A model generated the notes under the pieces. The model was not told where the DNA came from, did not search any database, and worked only from the letters and a program-made list of their open reading frames with translations. A stretch of 64,000 bases of DNA from Eledone cirrhosa (taxonomy: Eukaryota), in assembly GCA_964016885.1 (NCBI GenBank), contig OZ024743.1, forward strand, positions 103,788,001-103,852,000. The letters are read 5' to 3'. Positions 29,604 to 42,782 of this stretch are shown in pieces (positions within the stretch are counted from its first letter, which is position 1; each line of letters starts with the position of its first letter). The position numbers and the translations under genes were made by a program.

Positions 29604-30826
29604 AATACGTCAGCAATGACTTGTTCGTCAGAATGTCGTTGTGCAGACAGCTAGACATACAGACAGATATTATAAGGGCTCGACGGAGATTGATAATCGG
29701 CACCAACACCTCTTTAACAACAGAAAATTGAAAAATAAAAGTGGCAGTTATATCTTTAGACTGCAAAGAATATATAAATGCAAGTTTGAAGTCAATCGGA
29801 GTAGAAATGTGGATTTGTATAGACTTTGCAAAAGTGAGGACACATACATACACACAGACAATAACAGTTTTATATAAATAGATAATGCATGTTTTTCCAA
29901 AAGAACTCGGTTATTATGTCGAAAAGAAAGGCTATGTCTCGAACAAAAGCTTTATATAATTTCTTCATCTCCACTCAACTATTCAATTTCTATCGACTTA
30001 TTTATCGCCTTAGGACAATTTTCACCATCTCAGATTTATGGAATATTTAACATTCCATAAATCTGAGTTTGTGTTCATAATCAAAAGACAGTGTGTGTTC
30101 TATGAAGATTTGTTGCCGCCAGGACTCCCACCTTCTTTTGATAATTGTTGTTGCTGTGTTGCCTTTGTTGTAAAGAATTTTCAAGAAGCGAGTGTTGCAG
30201 AAACATTACTATGCCGTATTGGAAATCTTACAATATTTAATTACTTCTTTCTCTCTCTCTATATATATATATATCTTGTTTGGCATTTAAAGCTATTGTT
30301 ACCATATCTTAACAAAGTTTCTTACATGAAATGATATGCAATTTAATACTTTGGTTACAATAATTCTAATAAAAGCACTATCTATGAATTTCAACAAAGT
30401 GTAAAAATAATCAAGAAATTGCAAGCATTTATTAATATTTTCTCATCATTTTTAAGCTGGTGTTTTGAACATAACCTAACATAGATGCCCACATAAAATT
30501 ATGACTTTTCTATATAAATATAAACTTTTTAAAACAAACCATTTTGTATTGTAAAACCAGGAATGGCTTTGTGTGAAAAGGGTTAATTACGTCTGAACCA
30601 ATCGTATGAGTGTTAGATATGTGCTAGGGTTGATTTAACCGGCTATTTGTGAGCTAAAACCAAATTAAGATAACTCTATTATCGACTAGCTCTATTCAGG
30701 TCTGTAGACTTATGTCACAGAAACAAAATTATAACGATAAAAGTGATTCTTACAGCCATCCTTGTATATGTATGGACCCATAATTCTTGATGGAATCGTA
30801 GGGGTGCTATAGTGACATAGAGAGAG

Positions 30827-30900
<74 letters not shown>

Positions 30901-31084
30901 GTACTAGACTGGTACCTTTTTTTTATCGATCTCAAAAAGATGAAAAACAAAGTTGACCTTGGCAAGCTTTGAACTCAGATCGTAGGAAATCAGAAGGAAT
31001 ACTGCAAAGCATTCTATTCGAAGTTCTAATGACTATTAATTCACCGCCTTTCGCGCCATCATTACGAATATTAAAATCTAAGGT

Positions 31085-31574
31085 CGCCAGCGTGTCGCAT
31101 AGAGTTAGCGATACTTTTGCTCCATCTTGGATGTTGAGGCTAAAGTAAAGGTCACTGTATCTGTAGCTAACTTAGATGCTTCGGCCATAAACCCCGGCAT
31201 CGCAGCCCGCCTCGCAGAAGAACGTAAAATAAACAAATACTGGGGTTTGTCCGGCCTCTTCCTCTTCGCACCGGGCGCCGTCGAGACCTCAGGCGTACTT
31301 GGACCCCGTACTGCCGAGCTCCTCCGCAAGATCGAAGCCGTCGGCGGTCCGTCTGAGGAGGGAGCCCCGCGAGGTTGGGTGGCTGTTGCAGCGGGGCGCA
31401 GCCCTCCTGCCCCCTTTCCCTAAGCCCAAAGCCCCCTCACCCACCTCTCTTCTGCGACACAAGAGCTCTTGCCATCCCCCTCTTTCCCGTTCTTTTTCTT
31501 CGTTCTTTCTTTTTTTTTTCTATATTTCCCTATTCTTTCTTTCCTTTTGTTTTCCCACTTTTTTTCTCACTAAA

Positions 31575-31607
<33 letters not shown>

Positions 31608-31610
31608 CGC
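31085..31610 (+). mobile_element. CRE-like LINE 3' fragment with T-rich tail
   Basis: AARLAEERKINKY...FAPGAVETSGVLGP (RLE C-terminus); related to 51039-51371. Confidence 0.75.
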
Positions 31611-32049
31611 TTTTGAATAAAGATATCGACAAACTATTATTTTGATTGACTTGTGGTGTTTCAGACTTTTGCGTGTGCTGGGCCGCTGACAACGAAATTC
31701 TTGTCATCGCTGGTGGCTCACCTTGCCGATATTTCAGGCGATGCTTTGATGAGACTGTTTAGTTATTCAAGCAACATAGCTTCACTATCAACCGAGGTAA
31801 TGTTGTGAGTGTGTTGGTTTATCTAAGAAATTGTTAGATGGAAATTCCAGAGCCTCTTGTGGATGGTGGTTTAGAATGCATGTATACTCCCATTATATTT
31901 TGCTTCTTCTTGGTATTGGATTGGCTGTATCGGTAAAGCGTCAGCCACCATGGTTTGCAATATAGGGTGATGGCCCTTTACGTTCTGAGTTCAAATCCCG
32001 CCGAGGTTAACTTTGCCTTTCATCCTTACGGGGTCGGTAAAATAAAGAA

Positions 32050-33520
32050 AAGAGTTTAAAAGAGTTTTTTTCTTTGTGTGTTCACTCTTTTGTTTTGGGG
32101 GGCATTTTGGTTTTCCCTCATCTTCACTACTAGAAGATGAGGGTTCTGTGGCTGTAAGTGTGTATGCGTGTGTTTTTACGTTTTTATTCATGTGTATTTT
32201 CTGGTGGAGGGGAGTTGGACAGTTTTCTTCGTTTCTCCCCTGGGTGGCCAATGTTGGTGGTGGCGTTTCCATTGGTGTTGTGGCTGGTGGTTTTGCCAGT
32301 GCTGGTGTTGGTAGCAGTGGAGTCCTTCGACACCTTGCACTTTTCAGCAGTTGAGGGCAGAAGGCTCGCAAATGGGTTGTTTCTCTGCAAACGAAACAAT
32401 GCTGCCTTTTGCCCTCAGTCATTATATGTATCACCGTCCCGTTCTGAAGACGGATGTGGTCTAGGATTGTTTTTACATTCCCAGGCCTGATCTGGAGAAG
32501 TATCTCCAGGACCTGTCCTCCTAGCAGTCCTTGTGACCTCTATCCCGACAGTACCGTCCCCTCCACAATCACACATCCCAGGAGCCACCACATGTTAAGT
32601 CCTGATGGGATCCTGAGAATTCAGAGACGAGCTGTTCGTTTTCCCGTATAGGAGGGGTGCATTAGCACCTTGCTGGTTTTGCAAAAGGTAATTATAGCGA
32701 GGGCTTCTGACTTAAACAGCACCGAAATGGTGCCGTATTGTCTTCTCCTCGCTATGTATTTGGTGTCATCTCTGATGCACCTCAACGCGGCTTCAACATC
32801 TGCCTGTGCAATTAAAGCCGCCCTCTTTGTTTCTGCTGAGATGCATCTGTAATATACCGTTCTACGCTCCGCTGCTTCAATGGCTTCTGCCAGGACAGTT
32901 AAGTTGGCCCATGTTTGCTCTTACTTGATGAGCTTCCAGGCCTGGGTCAACTTTTCATCTTTATTCGTGAGGTCCATGCTGAAGCGTGGCCTCTTTTTGA
33001 CTGCTGTCGCAGCGAAAGTGTTCTTGTTATGTCGTTGTTCTTGTTGGTGTTGTCGTTGTTCTTGTTGGTGTTGTCGTTGTTCTTGTTGGTGTTGTTGCTG
33101 CTGTTATTGGTGTTGTCATTTTTCTTCACATTTGTATTTTCACTGTTGTTGGTGTTGTTATCGTTGTTGGCGGTGTAGTTGTTGTTGGTGGTGCTGCTGT
33201 TGGTGGTACTGCCTAATGTGGTGTTAGTGTTCATATTTGTTGTGGGTGGGGCAGCCTTATTCTCCTCAACATTTAAAGCGCTGTCAGACGACAGTAGACT
33301 CAATGCTGGGTGGGGGCGTGGCTCCGCCATGTTTTTTGTTTGTTTGTTTTGTTTTAAACAAAGTTCAAATATTTGGGCCAAAAGGCCCAAATATTATAGT
33401 TTCCCCTTCACAGGGCAAAGTCCAAGGGCTTATGTCCCTTTCACGACAACAAAAATTTACAATAAATGATTTATGACAGATAAATAAAGAGACTTACGGG
33501 AGCGAGCAAAATGATGTCCG
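32050..33520 (-). mobile_element. Tx1/L1-like ORF1 (gag-like) relic
   Basis: CCHC knuckle CFVCRETTHLRAFC; Asn/Thr-rich N-terminus; in-frame stops. Confidence 0.7.
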
Positions 33521-33814
33521 ATCACACCAATAATAATAATAAAAATTGTTTCTAATTTTTGGCACAAGGCCAGCAATTATCCCAATGCATTACTGGTACT
33601 TTATTTTATCGACCCCGTAAGGATGAAAGGAAAAGTTAACCACAGCGGGATTTGAACTCAAACTTAAAGGGTCGTAACTCTGTGTAGCGAATTATGGCGG
33701 CCGACCCTCTAACGATTCTGCCAATCCCCGTCATCAAATTATGTAGGTATTAAATCGAATACACACACACATACACTCAAACCCAACAAATAAATAAATA
33801 AGACCTACAATGCT

Positions 33815-33857
<43 letters not shown>

Positions 33858-34287
33858 ATATATCAATATATATAAATACATACATATAGGTGTGTGTGTG
33901 TGTGTGTTTTAACATGTGTTTACATATGAGAAGTTGCCAAGCTAAGTTTAAATATACAGCTTCATGTCAACAAAGAATTTAGAAATTTCATGTCAACACA
34001 TACTAAAACTGGGTTCATTTAGAATATCCACAAACCACGTGACATTGTTTAATTCCCGAGATTCCACGCTTTTTAATATTGCATCTCTAAGCGTCTGAAT
34101 AATTTCCTATAAACTGGGAAACAAACAGGCATATACGCATGTATATTCATCCTTATATATATACACACACACACACATACACACATATACACACACGTGC
34201 ATACATATATATATATATGTGTGTGTGTATGTATATATATATATATGCGTGTGTGTGTGTGTGTATGTATATATATATGTGTGTGTG

Positions 34288-34333
<46 letters not shown>

Positions 34334-34354
34334 ATGTATGTATATATGTATGTA

Positions 34355-34395
<41 letters not shown>

Positions 34396-34399
34396 ATAT

Positions 34400-35193
34400 A
34401 TATACATACTACTGTACGTCTGTATACATATATGTATGTACGTGTACATATATATATATGTACACGTAAATACATATATGTATACAGACGTACAGTAGTA
34501 TGTATATATATATATATACATACATGCACACATATATATATATGTACGTATGGATTCACCGAAGATTTATTATAATGCTCGGTGTGTTTGTAAACAAACA
34601 TCCCGTATTAAGCCGTAGTGTCTAGCAACCACCGTTGCTCGTTTGTTCAACACTGACAAAGGAACGCTGTACTAGTTTCAAGCTTATTAGCTATCGTCAG
34701 CAACGTATACCTTCCTGCCAGTAACAGCCGTACTAAGAGTGGGAAATGAAATTTCGTTTCATTTTTTCCGCTTATCGTTTTCGGTGCACCCGGCCGATTA
34801 ACCCACTCGATATGCAAATTGGGCTATTCAGTCGTTAATATGCATAAGGTAAGTATATACGTTCAACAATCTGGCAGGACGGTATACGTTGCTGGCGATA
34901 GCTAATAAGCTTGAAACTAGTACAGCGTTCCTTTGTCAGTGTTGAACAAACGAGCAACGATGGTTGCTAGACACTACGGCTTAATACGGGATGTTTGTTT
35001 ACAAACACACCGAGCATTATAATAAATGTTCGGTGAATCCATACGTACATATATATATATATGTGTGCATGTATGTATATATATATACATACTACTGTAC
35101 GTCTGTATACATATATGTATGTACGTGTACATACTTATATTTAAGTAACAGCTGTACTAAGAGTGGGAAATGAAATTTCGCTTCATTTTTTCC

Positions 35194-35197
<4 letters not shown>
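34400..35197. mobile_element. Retrozyme-like element: inverted partial copy plus ~425-bp monomer with terminal redundancy
   Basis: HHR 34663-34706 (-) and 34886-34929 (+); direct repeat TAACAGC.GTACTAAGAGTGGGAAATG at 34722 and 35146. Confidence 0.8.
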
Positions 35198-35268
<71 letters not shown>

Positions 35269-35311
35269 TGAAATGACAGGAGGCTGGATTTGTGTAAATC
35301 CTTGAAAGGTT

Positions 35312-35387
35312 TATTATACTCTGATCATTTCAATGACCGGGTTCCGTATGAATCCGGTGATATCATCAGGTATTCGAAATATAATAC
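35312..35387 (-). ncRNA. HHR-like motif
   Basis: CTGATGA, long stem II accgg/ccggt, GAAA tgatca; proximal stem I is poor. Confidence 0.45.
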
Positions 35388-35750
35388 GTGAATGTAATAG
35401 ATAAAATCCATGGGGCTGAAAATCAAGGACCCGAGGGCGACCGCCATCCAGCGTCTTCCACCTTTGCCGGTCGCCCTCGAGTGACGTGGCTAGAGTTTAC
35501 AGTGTGCTACTACCGGTCAGATAAAGGAAAACAGAAAGGGATGGGAACATAAGTTAGCGTTAATATCATGCCACAAGAAAAAAGAAAGAAAGAAAGAAAG
35601 AAGAGAGAAGAAGGGGGAAGGAAGAGGAAGAGAAACCAGGGTTAATGTCAGCTATAAGAAGAAAGACAGAAAGAAAGAGGAGGAAAGGTCGGTATTACAG
35701 TCAGGCCAGGATTGTCACGAAGACAAACCAGTGGTGAACCTCAAACCTGA

Positions 35751-35782
<32 letters not shown>

Positions 35783-35784
35783 TC

Positions 35785-35818
<34 letters not shown>

Positions 35819-35821
35819 ATG

Positions 35822-35871
<50 letters not shown>

Positions 35872-36159
35872 CATGAGAAGAAAGAAGAATACTGCGTGGT
35901 TGCACATGGGTTACATATTATAAAATTAGTCCCTCATCAGTGATTTGCCAACCATCATTGGTATTTCATCGCATTAAAAATCATATACCTCAGGTTGGTG
36001 CGAGCAATAACTAAAATAAGCTATTGGGACAAGTGAATCGCGTAAAGCGAGTGAGACAAGTAAACAACATAGAAGGAATAGCAAACCGAAGGTAGGAAAA
36101 AAGCAAGCAACATGATGGTTATCCGGTCAGCATAAGCTGGGTGAATTTCTATATATATA

Positions 36160-36211
<52 letters not shown>

Positions 36212-36217
<6 letters not shown>

Positions 36218-36441
36218 TAAACGGAATAGAAAATGCTGACAAATTGTTCACAGTTGAAAAATGGTTTAATTAGGAATAAAAGAGTATGAGTGATTGTATG
36301 GGTTAGTATTCAGTTGTGGTTTTAAACTTAAAACCACAACTGAATACTAACCCATACAATCACTAATACTCTTTTATTCCTAATTAAACCATTTTTCAAC
36401 TGTGAACAATTTGTCAGCATTTTCTATTCCGTTTACCAATA
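36212..36441. repeat. Near-perfect ~230-bp palindrome in (TA)n
   Basis: About 113-bp arms, 2-bp spacer at 36326-36327. Confidence 0.95.
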
Positions 36442-36472
36442 TATAATAACTTGTGTTACACCTCTATTCTTT

Positions 36473-36530
<58 letters not shown>

Positions 36531-36553
36531 ATGTATGTATGTATATATGTATG

Positions 36554-36616
<63 letters not shown>

Positions 36617-36641
36617 ATATATATATATGTGTGTGTGTATG

Positions 36642-36679
<38 letters not shown>

Positions 36680-36762
36680 TACATACATATATACATACAT
36701 ACATACAATATATATATATATATATATACATACACACATATATATATATATATATATACATT

Positions 36763-36825
<63 letters not shown>

Positions 36826-36828
36826 ATG

Positions 36829-36859
<31 letters not shown>

Positions 36860-36870
36860 CATATATATAC

Positions 36871-37006
<136 letters not shown>

Positions 37007-37038
37007 GAGAAAAACCACAGACCCTCCATCTCAACTCA

Positions 37039-37076
37039 CCTTTTGAAAAGCAGAAGAGCTGTGAAACCGGTAAAGG
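37039..37076 (+). ncRNA. 38-nt minimal HHR with U3:A8 core (family G)
   Basis: cctt TTGAAAA gcag aagag ctgt GAAA ccgg TA aagg. Confidence 0.65.
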
Positions 37077-37231
37077 AATCAAATAAATATATATATTTAA
37101 AAAAAATTAAAAAAATTAAAAAAATTAAAAAATAAGACTTCAGTTGCATTTTCGATTTCATCTCTTTTTCTTTATACTTTCACTCGTGTAGGACACCTCG
37201 GTTATTTTTCATTTTGTAAAAAAAACCTCAC

Positions 37232-37291
<60 letters not shown>

Positions 37292-38020
37292 TATTGGATG
37301 TTCAGATGATGGCGATAGCAGATAAGGACTGCTATGTAAATAGAGTGTTTAATTGTATGCGAATTACGTTCTACTGTACACGCAGATAATATTGCCAAGC
37401 ATTTGCCTTAGTTTGCTGTTAGAATGTTAACTTCCAGTCACAACAAAGTCAAACACTTTATATAGAAATGATTTCTTCGGGACTAGAACTGTTCCATTCC
37501 TTCTGTTCTTCAGAAAGACACTTTATTTCACGTTACTCCAGTTCGCTCTAGTTTAACAATGATAATAATAACTGTTTCTACTTTTGGCACAAGGCCAGCA
37601 ATTAACCAGTACATTACTGGTACTTTATTCTATCGACCCCGTAAGGATGAAAGGCAAAGTTAACCTCGACGGGATTTGAACTCAGACTGTAAAGGGACGT
37701 AACTATGCTAGAAACAAGTTATTTTACTTATTCATTTCATTGTTTTACGATCGTTTCGGAGGGTTGATCATATTGATATATTGACTGATCTATACCAGTT
37801 AGAGCTGTAAACTATCAGGCATAATATATAGGTTCGGTCATATCGTCTACTTCGGAAACAATGAATTTAGAATCTTTATTGGTAGTATATAAACAGGGTG
37901 GATATAAGAACAGACGTACTATACAAATATATATTCCAGATTGCCTCCTTTGATTGATAAAGATAGTGGAAGGAGTGTTCTAGGACCTTGGCACCACTAA
38001 CATTGGAGGAGTAAGTGGAC

Positions 38021-38126
38021 GAGGAAGAAGAAGAAGAAGAAGAAGAAGAAGAAGAAGAAGAAGAAGAAGAAGAAGAAGAAGAAGAAGAAGAAGAAGAAGA
38101 AGAAGAAGAAGAAGAAGAAGAAGAAG

Positions 38127-38158
<32 letters not shown>

Positions 38159-38205
38159 GAAGAAGAAGAAGAAGAAGAAGAAGAAGAAGAAGAAGAAGAA
38201 GAAGA
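38021..38205. repeat. (GAA)n microsatellite
   Basis: Seen directly. Confidence 0.98.
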
Positions 38206-38987
38206 TCATAAAAGTTGCGAATGCCTTGTGCTAGGGGTAATAAATCTTCTGGGAAAAGATGTCTTAATTGCGGGATGTTAAGCATTTGGTTAATAATAAA
38301 TATACCTATTTTTACATGGGTATTTCTTGATTATTATACAAGTCTATTAGATTAATTTATGTGTTTCTGTATTGCTAACTTGAGAAAGTAATATTTAATA
38401 AATAATATTTAATAAATCAATGTTCCAGCTTTAATCAACCTGTCTGTTTGTTTTTTCTACAGTGCATATTATTGACGAGAGCTTTCATTAAGTTTAGCAA
38501 TGAAGAAAATTTTATTATCATATTTTTTCCTGTTTTCGTAACAAAATATGTTTCCCTGTTGTAATGTTATACGAAGACTTTGTGTTTCTGTTCTCAGAAA
38601 AACAATGTCTTACGATGTCTTTCTCTTCTCACTTAAGAAATAGTTTAGAATATTAACTCTATTTCTCATTCGTTATGCTTTTCCCCTTCTCTGTCTATAG
38701 ATTCACTCTCCCTATTCTCTTTTAGTCTATTTCTTTCAATCACCAGTACACATATTGCATTATGTTTTTATCGTTTCTTTATACCATTTTCGTTATACTT
38801 AAATTTTCTGTCTTAACAGTTTGGTTTGTGTATACAACACACACACACATATGTATATATATTCTCTTATATATATTCAACACACACACACATATATATA
38901 TATATTCTCTTATATAAATATATGTATATTTATGTATATACATATATACATATATATGTATGTATATATATATATATATATATATTC

Positions 38988-39571
38988 TGAAATAAAATGA
39001 AAACGAAATTTCATTTCTCACTCTTAGTATGGCACTTACTTAAATGTAAGTATGCATGTATACGTACATACATATATGTATACAGATGTACAGTAGCACG
39101 CATATATATATATATATATACATATATACATATATATGCATACAGGTACACATACATATATGCACGTATCAGTTTAGCGGACGCTTATTATAACGCCGCT
39201 TTGTTCGCTTGTAAACAAACTGAACAGCCTGAATTTATGCCATACGGTGTTAAGGCAACAACGTCACCTTTTTGTTCAGCACTGACACAGGAACGATGTA
39301 CTAGTTTCAAGCTTGTTAGCTATCATCAGCACCGTTTACCCATCTGCCAGATAGTTGAACGTTCGAAAGTATATACTTTCCTTATGAAAATTAACGGCTG
39401 AGCAGCCTAATTTGCATATTGAGTGAGTTAAATCGGTCAGGCATACCGAAAACGATAAATTGAAATAAAATGAAAACGAAATTTCATTTCTCACTCTTAG
39501 TATGGCACTTACTTAAATGTAAGTATGCATGTATACGTACATACATATATGTATACAGACGTACAGTAGCA

Positions 39572-39651
<80 letters not shown>

Positions 39652-40096
39652 TACATATATATGCATACAGGTACACATACATATATGCACGTATCAGTTT
39701 AGCGGACGCTTATTATAACGCCGCTTTGTACGTTTGTAAACAAACTGAACAGCCTGAATTTATGCCATACGGTGTTAAGGCAACCACGTCACCTTTTTGT
39801 TCAACACTGACACAGGAACGATGTACTAGTTTCAAGCTTGTTAGCTATCATCAGCACTGTTTACCCATCTGCCAGATAGTTGAACGTTCGAAAGTATATA
39901 CTTTCCTTATGAAAATTAACGGCTGAGCAGCCTAATTTGCATATTGAGTGAGTTAAATCGGTCAGGCATACCGAAAACGATAAATTGAAATAAAATGAAA
40001 ACGAAATTTCATTTCTCACTCTTAGTATGGCACTTACTTAAATGTAAGTATGCATGTATACGTACATACATATATGTATACAGACGTACAGTAGCA

Positions 40097-40158
<62 letters not shown>

Positions 40159-40306
40159 TACATATATATGCATACAGGTACACATACATATATGCACGTA
40201 TCAGTTTAGCGGACGCTTATTATAACGCCGCTTTGTTCGTTTGTAAACAAACTGAACAGCCTGAATTTATGCCATACGGTGTTAAGGCAACCACGTCACC
40301 TTTTTG
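38988..40306 (-). mobile_element. Retrozyme-like tandem array (~2.6 monomers, 473-525 bp)
   Basis: Tandem units, each full unit carrying one minimal HHR; no coding capacity. Confidence 0.85.
39292..39336 (-). ncRNA. Minimal type I HHR (family D); second copy 39817-39861
   Basis: aacggtg CTGATGA tagct aaca agctt GAAA ctag TA catcgtt. Confidence 0.88.
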
Positions 40307-40338
40307 TATATATTCTCTTATATAAATATATGTATACT

Positions 40339-40398
<60 letters not shown>

Positions 40399-41480
40399 TA
40401 TATATAATGTACACATAAACACAGCCACATACAGACACATATATTTATGCTTCTATTCATTAATAATGAAAATATCATTAGAAATGCAAACGAAATGTAG
40501 AAATTGAAATGTATAACACCTTTTTGCTCTTAAACATAATCATTTTTTTATTGAAAATTTACAACTGAGTTCACAGTAAACCATTCCTGTTGCGATTCAA
40601 TAGTATTAAAATAACATTTATTTCATGGAAATATATCTAACAGGTAAGAGACACCGTAATCACATCCCTTACTCTACTCACTACTGAGCAAAGTTTACAA
40701 ATACATCATGATAAAAGATTAAGGCATTTTCTGCAATGGAACGCGAAACTGAAAATACAATAACACACTGACGAGAAACAAACAGAATAGAAACATTTTC
40801 GTGAAGCGAATATCAAAATCTGCTCCAAACATGCTGAACATTGTCATCGATATCAGAAGTTGTATGTGCATCATATCATGGCTAATAGGTAAGCTTACGT
40901 TTAACCATGCCACGATACACATACAACATCTGATAATGAGGCTAAGGCGTGTCTTTATCAACAATATCTATGAAACTGACAGCTTCTTGAATTTACTACT
41001 AATACCATCTATATATATATATATGGGTTGAACAATGAAAACAAAAAAGTCGAGTGTTTCATTAGTTCATTGTTTTACGATCGTTTCAAAAGGTTGAATG
41101 AGCCATGATAATATCAAGAGCAGTTACGTAACTTCATATTAACCTAGTCAGATGTAGTAGTTAGTAGTTAGTAGTTGACTAACAAACTATCCTCTTGCAT
41201 TATCTGTGTTAACTGCCGAATGTATTTTAATTTTGTTTTAATTTTGTTTTAATTTGAAATTTGATTTTGAATTTGAATTGCTATACAGAAATAATATAGT
41301 ATAATATATGTCACTCCACTGTACATCAATATATATATATGTATCTGTATGTCTCTTGCGTTGGAAAGGAGGTCAATTACGTGTACAAACATTGAAAAAT
41401 GCTCCGAAGAATCCAAGCGTAGGTTTGGATGAAACAATTGTAAGTGAATAAATGCTTTGAACATAGCTTTGATTCTTGTG

Positions 41481-41559
<79 letters not shown>

Positions 41560-41655
41560 TACATATATATATACATATATATACATATATATATATCCGT
41601 ACTACATGGAGTTCTAACAGCATTATTCGTCCTAACATAAATAAGTTAAATACAA

Positions 41656-41721
<66 letters not shown>

Positions 41722-41728
41722 GTATATG

Positions 41729-41807
<79 letters not shown>

Positions 41808-41812
<5 letters not shown>

Positions 41813-41959
41813 AACAAGTCTGAGTCCAGAATTAGCCGTCGAAACGGCTTGAGCTCAGCAGTCGGGGTCTTACTTGTTCCTATTACCCACTCTACTACCC
41901 TAAGTATTGAGTACTTTGGTGCGTTATGGTCCACCTGGTTCCTTACCACATTTCCTTCG

Positions 41960-41962
<3 letters not shown>
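41808..41962 (+). mobile_element. Short 3'-end copy of the family B PLE in (TA)n; another at 43444-43601 forms a hairpin
   Basis: Homologous to the reverse complement of 12960-13100. Confidence 0.85.
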
Positions 41963-42005
<43 letters not shown>

Positions 42006-42428
42006 ACACACCGCCCAAGAAATACGGAATATTATAACAATATTATTAATATTCGGTTCGTATGAGTGTGTTACTTTGATCGTGTGTCTGTGTGTTTGTA
42101 TCCGCAAAATAACACAACAAAAATTGGACTATACAATAATTTTGTTCGTTATCTGTAAATGAGCCAGGTTTTTCTAACTTAATCACTTTAATCAGGTTCT
42201 AATTTATGAAGAATATTATTATTCTAAATAATTCCATATATTATCATGATCAATATGATTATCACTATGATTATGGTTATCATTGGCATCTTATACATAT
42301 TATTTTCTCAGATTCGGGAGGGAAAAATATTAATCAAATTAACAGAACATCAAGCATTACTCAATTTGGATAAATTCCAAATTCCACTTAATTCTATTCC
42401 ATCTGTATACACTACTGATATCGCATAT

Positions 42429-42547
42429 GTTTACAGCCATATCATGTTGAAACCATCGGTTCTCGTTCAATTACCGCCGTTAAACAACGTCGAGCCAGCT
42501 AGTGTTTCCATGGGTGACCACATGGAAAACATAGGTGCTGGAAAACA
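42429..42547 (+). pseudogene. Degenerate 5S rRNA copy (possible 5S-derived SINE head)
   Basis: GTTTACAGCCATATCATGTTGAAACCATCGGTTCTCGTTC...GGGTGACC...GGTGCTG aligns to metazoan 5S with many substitutions. Confidence 0.85.
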
Positions 42548-42782
42548 TCATAGCTTAAGGCGGTCCATTTGACAGAGTCATTGGAGCGTTGGGGCGTTGT
42601 GCCGGTTCTCCGCGCAAACACTTAATATGTATGCGTGACCATTGGTTTCGGGGTCCAGTTATGGCCACCACAGTATATTGAATTAGGGTCTTCCAAACTG
42701 ACGCTTCATCGGGCACGAGGACAAATATACGAAAAAGGAAGTTCCTTCAGCCGACATTTTTTGCTCCAAAAAAAGGGAAGCC

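Noticed and set aside
36230-36275. CTGACAA...GAAA in the palindrome arm
   Set aside because: C3:A8 mismatch and no stem I
37980-38285. Poly-Glu/Leu/Phe ORFs
   Set aside because: Pure (GAA)n repeat with no gene context
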